Shown here: one piece after another, positions 1-10,957 of the stretch
Layout: every line of letters begins with the position of its first letter
How positions within the stretch are numbered: position 1 is the stretch's first letter
Assembly: GCA_049852185.1 (NCBI GenBank)
Contig: CP187540.1
Source of the DNA: Methanocaldococcus sp. 28A
GTDB lineage: Archaea > AGJL01 > Methanococci > Methanococcales > Methanocaldococcaceae
Direction: 5' to 3' (one strand)
Length of the DNA stretch: 64,000 nt
Translations under genes and position numbers: made by a program
The notes under the pieces: model-generated
Told to the model about the DNA's origin: nothing
The model's input: the letters and a program-made list of their open reading frames with translations, nothing else
Database searches by the model: none

Positions 1-1
1 T

Positions 2-376
2 AAAGGAAATATAGGAATTGTTTTTGGTAGAGAAGATGATGGATTGAGAAATGAAGAGTTAGATAAATGTGATTTGTTAGTTTCTATACCAACATCTGAG
101 AAATATCCAATTATGAATTTGTCTCATGCTGTTGCAGTTATTTTATATGAAATTTATGCAAAAAAAGTTGAAAATAGATTTTTAGATATAAGGATGAGGG
201 AAGCTTCAAAAGAAGATAAAGAGCTTTTAATTAAAAAGTTTAATGAATTTATAGATAAAAATGAAAAAATTCCTGAGCATAAAAAAGAACTCTGCAAAGT
301 CATTTTTAAAAGATTGGTTAATAGAGCTTTTATAAGTGGAAAAGAGGCATGGACATTAATGAGTGCATTTAAATAA
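2..376 (+). CDS. trmJ: tRNA 2'-O-methyltransferase, SPOUT/TrmJ family (5'-truncated by window edge)
   Basis: Frame is open from base 2: KGNIGIVFGREDDGL...SIPTSEKYPIMNLSHAVAVILYE, SPOUT motifs 2 and 3. Confidence 0.85.
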   Translation, partial: KGNIGIVFGREDDGLRNEELDKCDLLVSIPTSEKYPIMNLSHAVAVILYEIYAKKVENRFLDIRMREASKEDKELLIKKFNEFIDKNEKIPEHKKELCKVIFKRLVNRAFISGKEAWTLMSAFK

Positions 377-389
377 TTTAAAATAATAA

Positions 390-1283
390 TTATTTTTTAT
401 TTTTCTTATAAAGTTTCCAAACTCTGCAAAATGAGCAGATTCTTCCAGCAGAAGTCATTCCACAAATCTCACATTCTCTAAATTGGAAATCCTCTTCTCT
501 AACTTTAAACAAATGTCTATTTTTCATATAGCCAGATAAGAACTGATATTTAATGTTAGGTCTTTCCTTCTCCAACTCATTAAAGTAAGCTCTATGCTTT
601 AAAGTTATAGCTTTTTCAGCAAATCTACACTTTACAGTTGTATATGGAATTTCTTCTGCTTCAGCATATTTTAAAATCAACTCTTCTTCAATTTCAAAAA
701 ATATTTTAACTTTCTTTAAAAATTTATGATGAGCTGGAAGAACTGGCTCATGCTTAGCTAAATATCTAATATTCCAATTCAAAATATTATTTAGAATAAA
801 AGAAACCTCATCATCCAAATTATGACCCGTAACTATAGTATCAAATCCATTCTCATAACCAAATTTGTTCATTAGATATCTTTTAGTTGTTCCACAAATA
901 GAGCATTTCTTTCCTCTAACGTCTTCCATTGTCTTTCCAGTAACATCCTTTAAATTAATTATATGTAAAGGAACTTCCAATTTTTCAGCTAATTTTTTAA
1001 CAGTTTCTAAAGAAACTTCTGAGAAACCTTTAATTCCTAAATTTATATGGAATAGCTCAATATTATAATCTAACTTTTTTAAAACCCATGCCGCAGCATG
1101 TCCATCCTTTCCTCCAGAAACTGCTACTAAAATCTTTTCATCTTTATTTAACATTTTATATTTTTCTATAGATTTTTTAATCCTGTTCTCAAAATATTCA
1201 ATAAAATGTTCTTTGCATAAGTACATCTTTGGTGATTTTAATTTTATGTAGCTTTCTTTATCACAAAATTTGCATTTAACCAT
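390..1283 (-). CDS. TtcA/TtuA-family tRNA thiolation protein
   Basis: PP-loop SGGKDG, CxxC, GHNLDD, terminal Zn-finger Cys motifs. Confidence 0.85.
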   Translation of the reverse strand: MVKCKFCDKESYIKLKSPKMYLCKEHFIEYFENRIKKSIEKYKMLNKDEKILVAVSGGKDGHAAAWVLKKLDYNIELFHINLGIKGFSEVSLETVKKLAEKLEVPLHIINLKDVTGKTMEDVRGKKCSICGTTKRYLMNKFGYENGFDTIVTGHNLDDEVSFILNNILNWNIRYLAKHEPVLPAHHKFLKKVKIFFEIEEELILKYAEAEEIPYTTVKCRFAEKAITLKHRAYFNELEKERPNIKYQFLSGYMKNRHLFKVREEDFQFRECEICGMTSAGRICSFCRVWKLYKKNKK

Positions 1284-1312
1284 GTTTTCACCTTTAAGTT
1301 ACTATAATATAA

Positions 1313-1345
1313 GAATATATCCTTTATTTCTGATACTGTTTTCAT
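1313..1345 (-). pseudogene. N-terminal stub resembling a minimal nucleotidyltransferase (MNT) antitoxin
   Basis: ggtaaaattATG then MKTVSEIKDI, like Methanocaldococcus MNT starts (MKTLSEIKEIL); similarity stops after about 10 codons. Confidence 0.4.
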
Positions 1346-1465
1346 AATTTTACCAAAATTTTAACCTCTTTGGAAAATCATTTTTTCATTACTATTTTAT
1401 AGTTTGACTTTATTCCATTCTAAATAGTTAGTATTTTTATAAAAAATGGAACTCTATTTTAAGAG

Positions 1466-1480
1466 TAAAGTTTATATATT
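1466..1480 (+). promoter_or_regulatory. BRE/TATA promoter candidate for the aminotransferase
   Basis: aaagTTTATATA about 70 bp upstream of ATG 1547. Confidence 0.5.
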
Positions 1481-1546
1481 ACTAAAATAATGGTTAATTA
1501 CACTTGAAATTTTACAAAAAATAGAGTTCTATTTTGAGATGAAAAC

Positions 1547-2845
1547 ATGAGGAATCCAATAATAGATGTAGGAGCTAAGGAATTGAGTTATGAAATTAGG
1601 GAGATTGTAGATGTAGCTAAAAAAATAGAGGATTTTGGGATAAACATAACCTGGGAAAACATTGGAGACCCCGTGGCTAAAGGAGAAAAAATCCCAGATT
1701 GGATTAAAGATATTATAGCAGATATTGTTAAAAACGATTTATCCTATGCATACTGCCCTACCAAAGGTTTATTAGAAACACGAGAATTTTTAGCTGAGCA
1801 AACAAACAAAAAAGGAAAAGTGCAAATTACTGCTGAAGATATTATATTTTTTAATGGATTAGGTGATGCCATTGCAAAGATTTATGGTTTATTAAAAAGG
1901 CAAGTTAGAGTTATAAACCCATCTCCATCATATTCAACCCATTCTTCTGCAGAGGCTTCTCATGCAGGCTCTCCTCCAATAACTTACTTCTTAGACCCTT
2001 ACAACTATTGGTATCCAGATATTGATGATTTGGAAAAGAGAATTAAATACAACCCAGCAGTTAGTGGAATTTTAGTTATAAATCCTGATAACCCAACAGG
2101 AGCAGTTTATCCAAAAAAAATATTAGATGAGATTGTTGATTTAGCTAATGAGTATGATTTATTTATAATATGTGATGAAATATACTGCAATTTAGTTTAT
2201 AATGGCAAGAAACAGCACTTATTGTGTGAAGTTATAGATGATGTTTGCGGTTTATCATTAAAAGGAATATCTAAGGAAATTCCATGGCCTGGAGCAAGAT
2301 GTGGATGGATTGAAATTTACAACGCTGATAAAGATGAAGAATTTAAAAAATATGTTGATAGTATCTATAGAGCTAAATTAATAGAAGTTTGCTCTACAAC
2401 ATTACCACAAATGGTTATTCCAAGGATAATGGGGCATAGAAATTACAAAAAATATTTAGAGAAGAGAAATAAGTTTTTTGAAAAGAGGTCTAACACTGCC
2501 TATAAAAAATTAAAGGATTTGGAAGGTGTTATAGCAAATAGAGCTAATGGGGCATTTTATATGTCTGTTGTGTTTGAAGATTCATATTTGAATGGAAATA
2601 ATTCAATAAAAATAGAAAATGAGAAATTGAAAGAGTTTATAGAAAATTTAATAAGAGATGCAAACATTGATAAGAAGTTTGTTTATTACTTATTAGCTTC
2701 AACAGGAATTTGTGTAGTTCCTCTAACATCTTTCTGCTCTCAACTTAATGGGTTTAGAGTTACATTATTGGAAAGGGATGATGATAAATTTAATTGGATA
2801 TTTGATACATTAGCTGAAAAAATAGAAGAATTTTTAAAGACCTAA
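1547..2845 (+). CDS. PLP-dependent class I/II aminotransferase (AlaA-like)
   Basis: NIGDP, INPDNPTG, DEIY, GISKEIPWPGARCGW (PLP lysine). Confidence 0.9.
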   Translation: MRNPIIDVGAKELSYEIREIVDVAKKIEDFGINITWENIGDPVAKGEKIPDWIKDIIADIVKNDLSYAYCPTKGLLETREFLAEQTNKKGKVQITAEDIIFFNGLGDAIAKIYGLLKRQVRVINPSPSYSTHSSAEASHAGSPPITYFLDPYNYWYPDIDDLEKRIKYNPAVSGILVINPDNPTGAVYPKKILDEIVDLANEYDLFIICDEIYCNLVYNGKKQHLLCEVIDDVCGLSLKGISKEIPWPGARCGWIEIYNADKDEEFKKYVDSIYRAKLIEVCSTTLPQMVIPRIMGHRNYKKYLEKRNKFFEKRSNTAYKKLKDLEGVIANRANGAFYMSVVFEDSYLNGNNSIKIENEKLKEFIENLIRDANIDKKFVYYLLASTGICVVPLTSFCSQLNGFRVTLLERDDDKFNWIFDTLAEKIEEFLKT

Positions 2846-3156
2846 TCTCTCAAATGTCTATAAAACCATGGCTCTTCATAATTCTTTAAATTTTTTACAT
2901 AAGGGCAATCTTTTGGAAAAACTCCAGCTAAAATTCCCTCCATAACTGTTAAACATCCATATTTAAATCTATCTTTATAAACTTTACACAACTTTGTTTC
3001 AGGGTCTAAATGCTCACAATATATTGTTTTAATTCCTTCTTCAGTTTTGTAAGCATGTAGTATACAACATCTTCCACATCTTTCGCATATTTCATCTGGA
3101 AACAACTCTTCACTTATTTTTATTACTCTATCTTTTTTAAATCTTAATGTATGCAA
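2842..3156 (-). CDS. YkgJ-like cysteine-cluster (CxxCxxCC) protein
   Basis: CERCGRCC...CEHL...CKVY...C pattern. Confidence 0.75.
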   Translation of the reverse strand: MHTLRFKKDRVIKISEELFPDEICERCGRCCILHAYKTEEGIKTIYCEHLDPETKLCKVYKDRFKYGCLTVMEGILAGVFPKDCPYVKNLKNYEEPWFYRHLRD

Positions 3157-3300
3157 ATTCTCCCTCTTTAAATTTTAATAAAAATGTTTAAAATAGACTG
3201 TTAGAATTGGTATATAAATGTTTTGATAGCAAATTATTAAATACATCTATTATCTTAATTAGTTTTTAAATTTAAATAGAAGTTTTATTGAGGGAATTTT

Positions 3301-4581
3301 ATGTTCATGAGAGAAATTGAATTGAGAGGACATATTATAGATAGCTTAATCCTACCAAAAGTTTTTGATAAAATATTAGATATGGGTGGAGATTATAAGG
3401 TTTTAGAGTTTGAAATCGGTAAAAGAAAAACAGACCCAAGTTATGCGAAGATATTGGTTATTGGAAAAGATGAGAGGCATGTAGATGAGATATTGAGTGA
3501 ATTAAAGGATTTAGGGGCTGAAATTCCAGAAATTGAAGAAGTTGAATTACAACCTGCTGAGAAAGATATGGTTTTACCAGAGGGCTTTTATTCAACAACT
3601 AATCATAAGACGTTCATTAGATTTAAAGGAAAGTGGATAGAGGTAGAGAATCAAAAAATGGATGGAGCTATTGTAGTCTATCCTGAAGAAATGAGAGCTG
3701 AAGTAAAAACAATTAGAAATATTAAAAAAGGAGATTTAGTTGTTGTAGGACATAAGGGTGTTAGAGTTATTCCACCAGAAAAACCAAGGGAAGCAGGAGG
3801 ATTATTTGAGTTTATGAAATCAGATGCGTCATCAGAAAAGCCAAAAGAAACAATTATTAGAAAGATAGCAAAAGAAATGTATGAAATTAGAGAAAAATAT
3901 AGAAAGACTGGAAAAGGGGGAATAGTTGTTGTTGCAGGGCCTGCTATAATCCACACCGGAGCTGGATGGGCTTTAGCTAAGCTTATTAAAATGGGTTATG
4001 TTCAAGCACTATTTGCTGGAAATGCATTAGCTACTCATGATATAGAGAGCGTTTTATATGGAACATCCTTAGGAGTAGATTTAAAGACAGGTAGAAGTGT
4101 TCCAGGAGGGCATAGCCATCATTTAAGAGCTATAAATACAATAATGAGAGCTGGAAGTATAAGAGACGCTGTAGAGCAGGGAATTTTAAATAAAGGAGTT
4201 ATGTACGAATGTATAAAAAATAATGTTCCTTATATATTAGCTGGAAGTATCAGGGATGATGGTCCATTACCAGATGTCATTACAGATGTAGTTAAAGCTC
4301 AAGAAAAAATGAGAGAACTTTTAAAAGAAAAAGATATGGTTTTAATGCTTTCTACTATGCTACATTCAATAGCTACTGGAAATCTCCTCCCTTCATGGGT
4401 TAAAACTATCTGTGTTGATATAAATCCAGCAGTTGTAACAAAGTTGATGGATAGGGGGACTTCCCAAGCCTTAGGGATAGTTACTGACGTTGGAGTCTTT
4501 TTACCAATGCTAATTGAAGAATTAGAAAAATTAGAGAAAGAAAATAAGAAAGAAGACAGGGGAGGAGATAATGAGAGCTGA
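3301..4581 (+). CDS. TIGR00300 / LOR-SDH family protein, probable ornithine cyclodeaminase
   Basis: [44 protein letters not shown]. Confidence 0.85.
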   Translation: MFMREIELRGHIIDSLILPKVFDKILDMGGDYKVLEFEIGKRKTDPSYAKILVIGKDERHVDEILSELKDLGAEIPEIEEVELQPAEKDMVLPEGFYSTTNHKTFIRFKGKWIEVENQKMDGAIVVYPEEMRAEVKTIRNIKKGDLVVVGHKGVRVIPPEKPREAGGLFEFMKSDASSEKPKETIIRKIAKEMYEIREKYRKTGKGGIVVVAGPAIIHTGAGWALAKLIKMGYVQALFAGNALATHDIESVLYGTSLGVDLKTGRSVPGGHSHHLRAINTIMRAGSIRDAVEQGILNKGVMYECIKNNVPYILAGSIRDDGPLPDVITDVVKAQEKMRELLKEKDMVLMLSTMLHSIATGNLLPSWVKTICVDINPAVVTKLMDRGTSQALGIVTDVGVFLPMLIEELEKLEKENKKEDRGGDNES

Positions 4582-5212
4582 ATATTCAAAAGATTTGATT
4601 AGGATAGGAATTTCTACAATATCTCAGCTAAAAAAAGCTAAAATTAAAGTAGAAAAAGTTGATAGAAAAATATCTTACAAAGATGCAAAGCCAGGGAAGA
4701 TAGATGTTGAGGAATTTAAAAAGGCAGTTTATTTGTTGATTGAAGCTGATGATTTTCTATATAAAAAAGCTCCAAAACATGAATTGAATGAAGAAGAGGC
4801 AAAAGAATTCTGTAAATTAATTATAAAATGTCAAGAACATTTAAATAAGGTTCTATCTAACTTTGGGTTTGAGTTAGAGGAGAAAGAGATTAATGAAGAT
4901 GCTTTATACATTGTCTCAAATAAAAAGTTATTTAAAAAGCTTAAAAATAAAAATCCTAATTTAAAGGTTGTTTGCACAGAAGGGATGTTAGATATTGAGG
5001 ATATGAGAGCTATAGGCATTCCAGAAAAGGCCTTAGAGGGTTTAAAGAAAAAGGTTGAAATAGCAAGGAAGAATGTTGAAAGATTTATAGAAAAGTATAA
5101 GCTAAAAAAAATTTTTGTTGTTGTTGAGGATGATAAAGATGAGCTTTTATATTTAAGAGCTAAAAAATTATATAACGCTGAAAAGTTGAATGCTGATGAA
5201 ATTTTGGATTAA
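4571..5212 (+). CDS. SepCysE (DUF2100), scaffold of the SepRS-SepCysS transsulfursome
   Basis: 213 aa, recognised as similar to M. jannaschii MJ1481; lies between the TIGR00300 and 2-PG kinase genes. Confidence 0.75.
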   Translation: MRAEYSKDLIRIGISTISQLKKAKIKVEKVDRKISYKDAKPGKIDVEEFKKAVYLLIEADDFLYKKAPKHELNEEEAKEFCKLIIKCQEHLNKVLSNFGFELEEKEINEDALYIVSNKKLFKKLKNKNPNLKVVCTEGMLDIEDMRAIGIPEKALEGLKKKVEIARKNVERFIEKYKLKKIFVVVEDDKDELLYLRAKKLYNAEKLNADEILD

Positions 5213-5221
5213 TTTGGTGGA

Positions 5222-6154
5222 ATGATGAATTTGCAGAATGATATTATCGTGAGAGGTAAATCTTATGAGATGCCATTCTCAAAGGGTATTTTAGCGAGGT
5301 CGCTAACTGCTGCTGGATTAAAACCAAGTATTGCCTATAGAATAGCTTGGGACATATACGAGATGCTAAAAAAAGAAAATATTAGAGTTATTGATAAATC
5401 TGATTTAAGGAGGAGAGTTTATTACTATTTAATTTCAAAAAATTATGATGAAGTTGCTAAGAAATATCTATTATGGAGAATGGTCTTAGGAAGAAGACCG
5501 ATAGTTATTTTAATTGGTGGGGCGAGTGGGGTTGGAACTTCAACAATTGCATTTGAAATTGCTTCAAGATTAGGAATTTCAAGTGTTATTGGAACTGATT
5601 CTATAAGGGAAGTTATGAGAAAGGTTATATCAAGGGAATTAATCCCTACTCTCTATGAATCAAGTTATACAGCTTGGAAAGTATTAAGAGATGATGAAGA
5701 AAACAAATACATTAAAGGGTTTGAGAGACATTCTGAAGCTGTATTGACTGGGGTAGAGGGAGTTATAGATAGATGTTTAGTTGAAGGGCAGAGTGTGATT
5801 ATAGAAGGAACTCATCTAATACCAACACTTTTAAAGGATAAATATTTAGAGAACCCTCATGTTATCTTTATTATGCTAACAATCTACAATGAAGAGTTAC
5901 ATAAAATGAGATTTTATGCAAGAGGTAGGGTTTCAAGCAGACCTACTGAGAGGTATTTAAAACACTTTAAAATCATTAGAATGATAAACGATTATATGGT
6001 TGAAACAGCAAAAAAGAAGGGAATACCTGTTGTAGAAAATCTAAAGATTAGTGAAACAGTTGATATATGTTTAAATATAATCACTGAAAGATTAAAAACA
6101 ATGATTGAATTGGAGGGTTTAAGTGAAGAAGATATGTTAGATGAAGATATATAA
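5222..6154 (+). CDS. pgk2: 2-phosphoglycerate kinase
   Basis: N-terminal ATP-cone (PFSKGILARSL), P-loop GGASGVGTST, TDSIRE. Confidence 0.9.
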   Translation: MMNLQNDIIVRGKSYEMPFSKGILARSLTAAGLKPSIAYRIAWDIYEMLKKENIRVIDKSDLRRRVYYYLISKNYDEVAKKYLLWRMVLGRRPIVILIGGASGVGTSTIAFEIASRLGISSVIGTDSIREVMRKVISRELIPTLYESSYTAWKVLRDDEENKYIKGFERHSEAVLTGVEGVIDRCLVEGQSVIIEGTHLIPTLLKDKYLENPHVIFIMLTIYNEELHKMRFYARGRVSSRPTERYLKHFKIIRMINDYMVETAKKKGIPVVENLKISETVDICLNIITERLKTMIELEGLSEEDMLDEDI

Positions 6155-6400
6155 TTTATAAAAAAATTAGGTTAGGATTTTTGCAACTATGTTTAAATAT
6201 TCTGATACTATATTTACAATAAGCTATTTTTATTAGATATTATAATGATAGTTTATACTGTCAATCTCATTGGTAAATATTTTAAATGTCTATAATTGTC
6301 TATCTTTCTTTGACTATATCGGAAAAACCCTTAGTTAATATATATTAGTTCTATTAACAGAAATCCTTATCAAAAATATCTAACTCTTTACTAAGATAAA

Positions 6401-7195
6401 GTGATTCAAATGTTATTAGAAAAGAGCAAAATAGAGATTATAGAACAATTTATTCATATATTAGAAATCTTAGACATGTATGCTAAAGAAGGTAGTGATG
6501 AGAAGGCAATTATAAGATTAATGTTAGATTACCTTGAAAAAGGACATGTTTTAGATGAAGATATTATTCCAATAGCAAGTAAAATTTCAGAAATAGCTAA
6601 AAAAGTTGGTAGCTTTGACATGAAAAGAGAGATAAACCTTTTACTATTTGGAGAGAAAGTAAGATTAACAAAATCCCAAAAAAACAAAATAAAAAAGATT
6701 ATTGAGATTTTAGAGTATTTAAAAGGTTATATTGAAAAAAAGCCATACAAATCTTATGAAGACAGGCATATTTTAAATCTAATTGGTTTAAAAATTTTAA
6801 GGTTGGATGAAGGAATTGTTTTAGATTATAATTCAGAAGTTAGGAGCTTAACCAACATAGCTTTAAGAGTGGGAAGTTATGAATTAAAAAATGAAATTGA
6901 GCTATTATTAACTGGAAGAAGAAGGAGAAAATTAACAGAAGAATTTATACAAAAGAGAATATCAATTATAGAGATTTTAGAAATGGTCAAAGACTTTATA
7001 GACAAAAAAGAATTTAAATCATCTTTTGACTATGAAGCACTATTCTTAATAAATTTGAAGATTCATAGAATTGAAGAAGGAATTTTAAAAAATTTTGATG
7101 AAGAAGTAGAATCAATTTTAAGCATAGCAAGAAAAGTAGGAAATCACAAATTGAGAGAGAAAATTGTTTTATTAAAAGAGAGTATAAAGAACTAA
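6401..7195 (+). CDS. Hypothetical protein of three ~85-aa helical repeats
   Basis: Repeated IIEILE...G...IAxxVG(S/N)xx(L/M)xxxI units. Confidence 0.7.
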   Translation: MIQMLLEKSKIEIIEQFIHILEILDMYAKEGSDEKAIIRLMLDYLEKGHVLDEDIIPIASKISEIAKKVGSFDMKREINLLLFGEKVRLTKSQKNKIKKIIEILEYLKGYIEKKPYKSYEDRHILNLIGLKILRLDEGIVLDYNSEVRSLTNIALRVGSYELKNEIELLLTGRRRRKLTEEFIQKRISIIEILEMVKDFIDKKEFKSSFDYEALFLINLKIHRIEEGILKNFDEEVESILSIARKVGNHKLREKIVLLKESIKN

Positions 7196-7240
7196 AATAG
7201 AATTTTTAATTTTATTTATTCCTATAAAAGTCCTGTTAAA

Positions 7241-9078
<1,838 letters not shown>

Positions 9079-9129
9079 TTTCTCTCTCCTTTTTAATATT
9101 ATATAATCTATTGTGATATTCTTTTTAAG

Positions 9130-9389
9130 GAAGATTCGTTGCTTAATCATGTGGAGGAAATTATGGACTTTACTATTAACGATTTAGAAATAAATCCATC
9201 TAATATTGTAGTACTTACCGATAGAGAGTTTAAAAAAAATATTCATAACTTATGGATTAAAATTCGTAATGTATTTCTTTAAAATTCTTCATCGTCGAAA
9301 TATGTAAGTTATTATATAAATTCGATTATTTAAATGTGGTTATGTGTAATATCTGGTTGTGTATACATAGTGCATATTCGTAGATACTG
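9130..9389 (+). mobile_element. Decayed ISH3-like (IS4 superfamily) element fragment with putative right TIR TTCGTAGATACTG
   Basis: Encodes MDFTINDLEINPSNIVVLTDREFKK; about 100 bp align by eye to the minus-strand relic at 10200-10460. Confidence 0.6.
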
Positions 9390-9418
9390 TATTATTAATA
9401 TATAAATATTACTCGATT

Positions 9419-9431
9419 TTAGACACACTCT
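9419..9431. repeat. Repeat end TTAGACACACTCT; reverse complement occurs at 38618-38630
   Basis: 13-bp exact match, extended by AGAGTGTGTCTAAxATxGAG; both copies border decayed DNA. Confidence 0.5.
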
Positions 9432-9467
9432 GGTTTATATTTTAGCTAATTCTTATATTAAAGTTAT

Positions 9468-10103
9468 TTAATATACTTTATCACTGTAATATTTTTTCCA
9501 CAATATTCTTAAACATTCAATAACCATCCTTTTAGCAATCTCATCTAATGTATATGGAATTATTGGCTCAAAATCTCTGATAAATTTCTCAGTTCCTATA
9601 ACTATGTGCCCCTCTTCATCCAAATTTAAAAACTTAGCTGGGCCTTTTGCATATTTAGCATCACAAACCTTTATTTTTTCTTCTATACCAAAAACCCCAT
9701 TAGTTCCTATTGTTTTAATTCCTCTCTCTTTACAATAGTTTATGATAGCCCTTGTTGTAGGAATTGTATCTCCCCCTGCTATACATATAATTACTACATC
9801 TCCTCTAATTAAACTAAGATTATCTTTAGTTATATTTTCTCTAAATGCTTCAACTCTATCTCCAAAAAATCTCTTTATAAAATCTACTTTGTATTCCCCG
9901 ACTTTTCCCCCTAATCTTCTATGGATTATATCATTTTCCTCTATTTTAGCATTATCAAAAACATAAACTTTCTCTATCCCACCTCTATGCACTTCTAATA
10001 AATCAAAAGCTACTCTAATTCCCAATCTTCCACATCCAATTATTGAAACTTCTCCTTTTGGTTTTAATTTTTTTTCCATCTCTTCAACAATCATAACAAT
10101 CAT
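9468..10103 (-). CDS. hcgE: ThiF/E1-like adenylyltransferase HcgE (FeGP cofactor biosynthesis)
   Basis: PKGEVSIIGCGRLG...EVHRGG, IAGGDTIP, GTNGVFG. Confidence 0.75.
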   Translation of the reverse strand: MIVMIVEEMEKKLKPKGEVSIIGCGRLGIRVAFDLLEVHRGGIEKVYVFDNAKIEENDIIHRRLGGKVGEYKVDFIKRFFGDRVEAFRENITKDNLSLIRGDVVIICIAGGDTIPTTRAIINYCKERGIKTIGTNGVFGIEEKIKVCDAKYAKGPAKFLNLDEEGHIVIGTEKFIRDFEPIIPYTLDEIAKRMVIECLRILWKKYYSDKVY

Positions 10104-10145
10104 AAATATCCCATCTAAACAGAACTATTCTATAAGGAGAGTATT

Positions 10146-10206
10146 TATAGTTTTGTGCAAAAGGATTTATACTTAAATAAGGCATTAATGAATGACTTCC
10201 TATTGG
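10146..10206. repeat. Left half of palindromic MITE-like element, family B
   Basis: TATAGTTTTGTGCAAAA...AAATAAGGCATTAATGAAT, matches 26375-26420. Confidence 0.75.
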
Positions 10207-10923
10207 TTTTGGAATAGTTTTTTGGTCAATAAAGTAATCGACCTTCCAATTTTCTCCTTTTTCGTATTCTCAAGATAGTATTTAACTTTATCATTTTTTG
10301 GAATAAAGCTTATGTAATTACATCCGTATTTTTCAAAGATTTTTATTATTTTGATGTCTTTAAACTCTTTATCGGTTAAGACGATAATATCGTACGTATT
10401 TATTTTTAAATCGTTAAGCAAAGTGTAAAATCTCTCTTACATGGTTAAACAACGAAACCTCCATTCTTTTCTAAATTTGTGAATCGCATTTAAATCCAAT
10501 CTTTTTTCATAATAGCCCTCAAAATGTGTATCTAATCGATAGGTAAAATTTTTTATAGTTTTTTTAAGTCATTGAATATATTTTTAACAAAAGATTTATA
10601 AATTTCTTTAAACATAGAATAGTCTGCCTTATTTATATATCGATAGTAAGAGTCTGCCGATGGATAATTTAGCTTGCTAATGGTCTCTAAATATGTATTA
10701 TATTATTCGACATCGCCTCTATAAATCCTCTTGTATAATCTTCAACTCGACAAATCCTTGGACAAATTTGAAGAACATTGTTTATGAATTCGTTAAATTC
10801 ATTATAATGATTTTATAGCCAACAATCTTATATCGTTCATTGTTCTATTCTACTTTTTTAGTAACTATTCAATATTATGAAATATTAACTTTTCTGTTTA
10901 TTTTATGATGTTCGGAGATACTG
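10200..10923 (-). mobile_element. Decayed ISH3-like transposase pseudogene with putative left TIR CAGTATCTCCGAA
   Basis: Fragments YLETISKLNYPSADSYYRYINK, LDTHFEGYY and IIVLTDKEF (DDE aspartates), with stops and frameshifts; CAGTA terminus. Confidence 0.65.
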
Positions 10924-10944
10924 TATTCCAAATTCAACATATAA

Positions 10945-10957
10945 ACTGCAAAAGTCC
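10945..10957. repeat. Solo end of MITE-like family A (CTGCAAAAGTCC)
   Basis: Matches the TIRs at 33627, 34790, 51108 and 51269. Confidence 0.55.
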
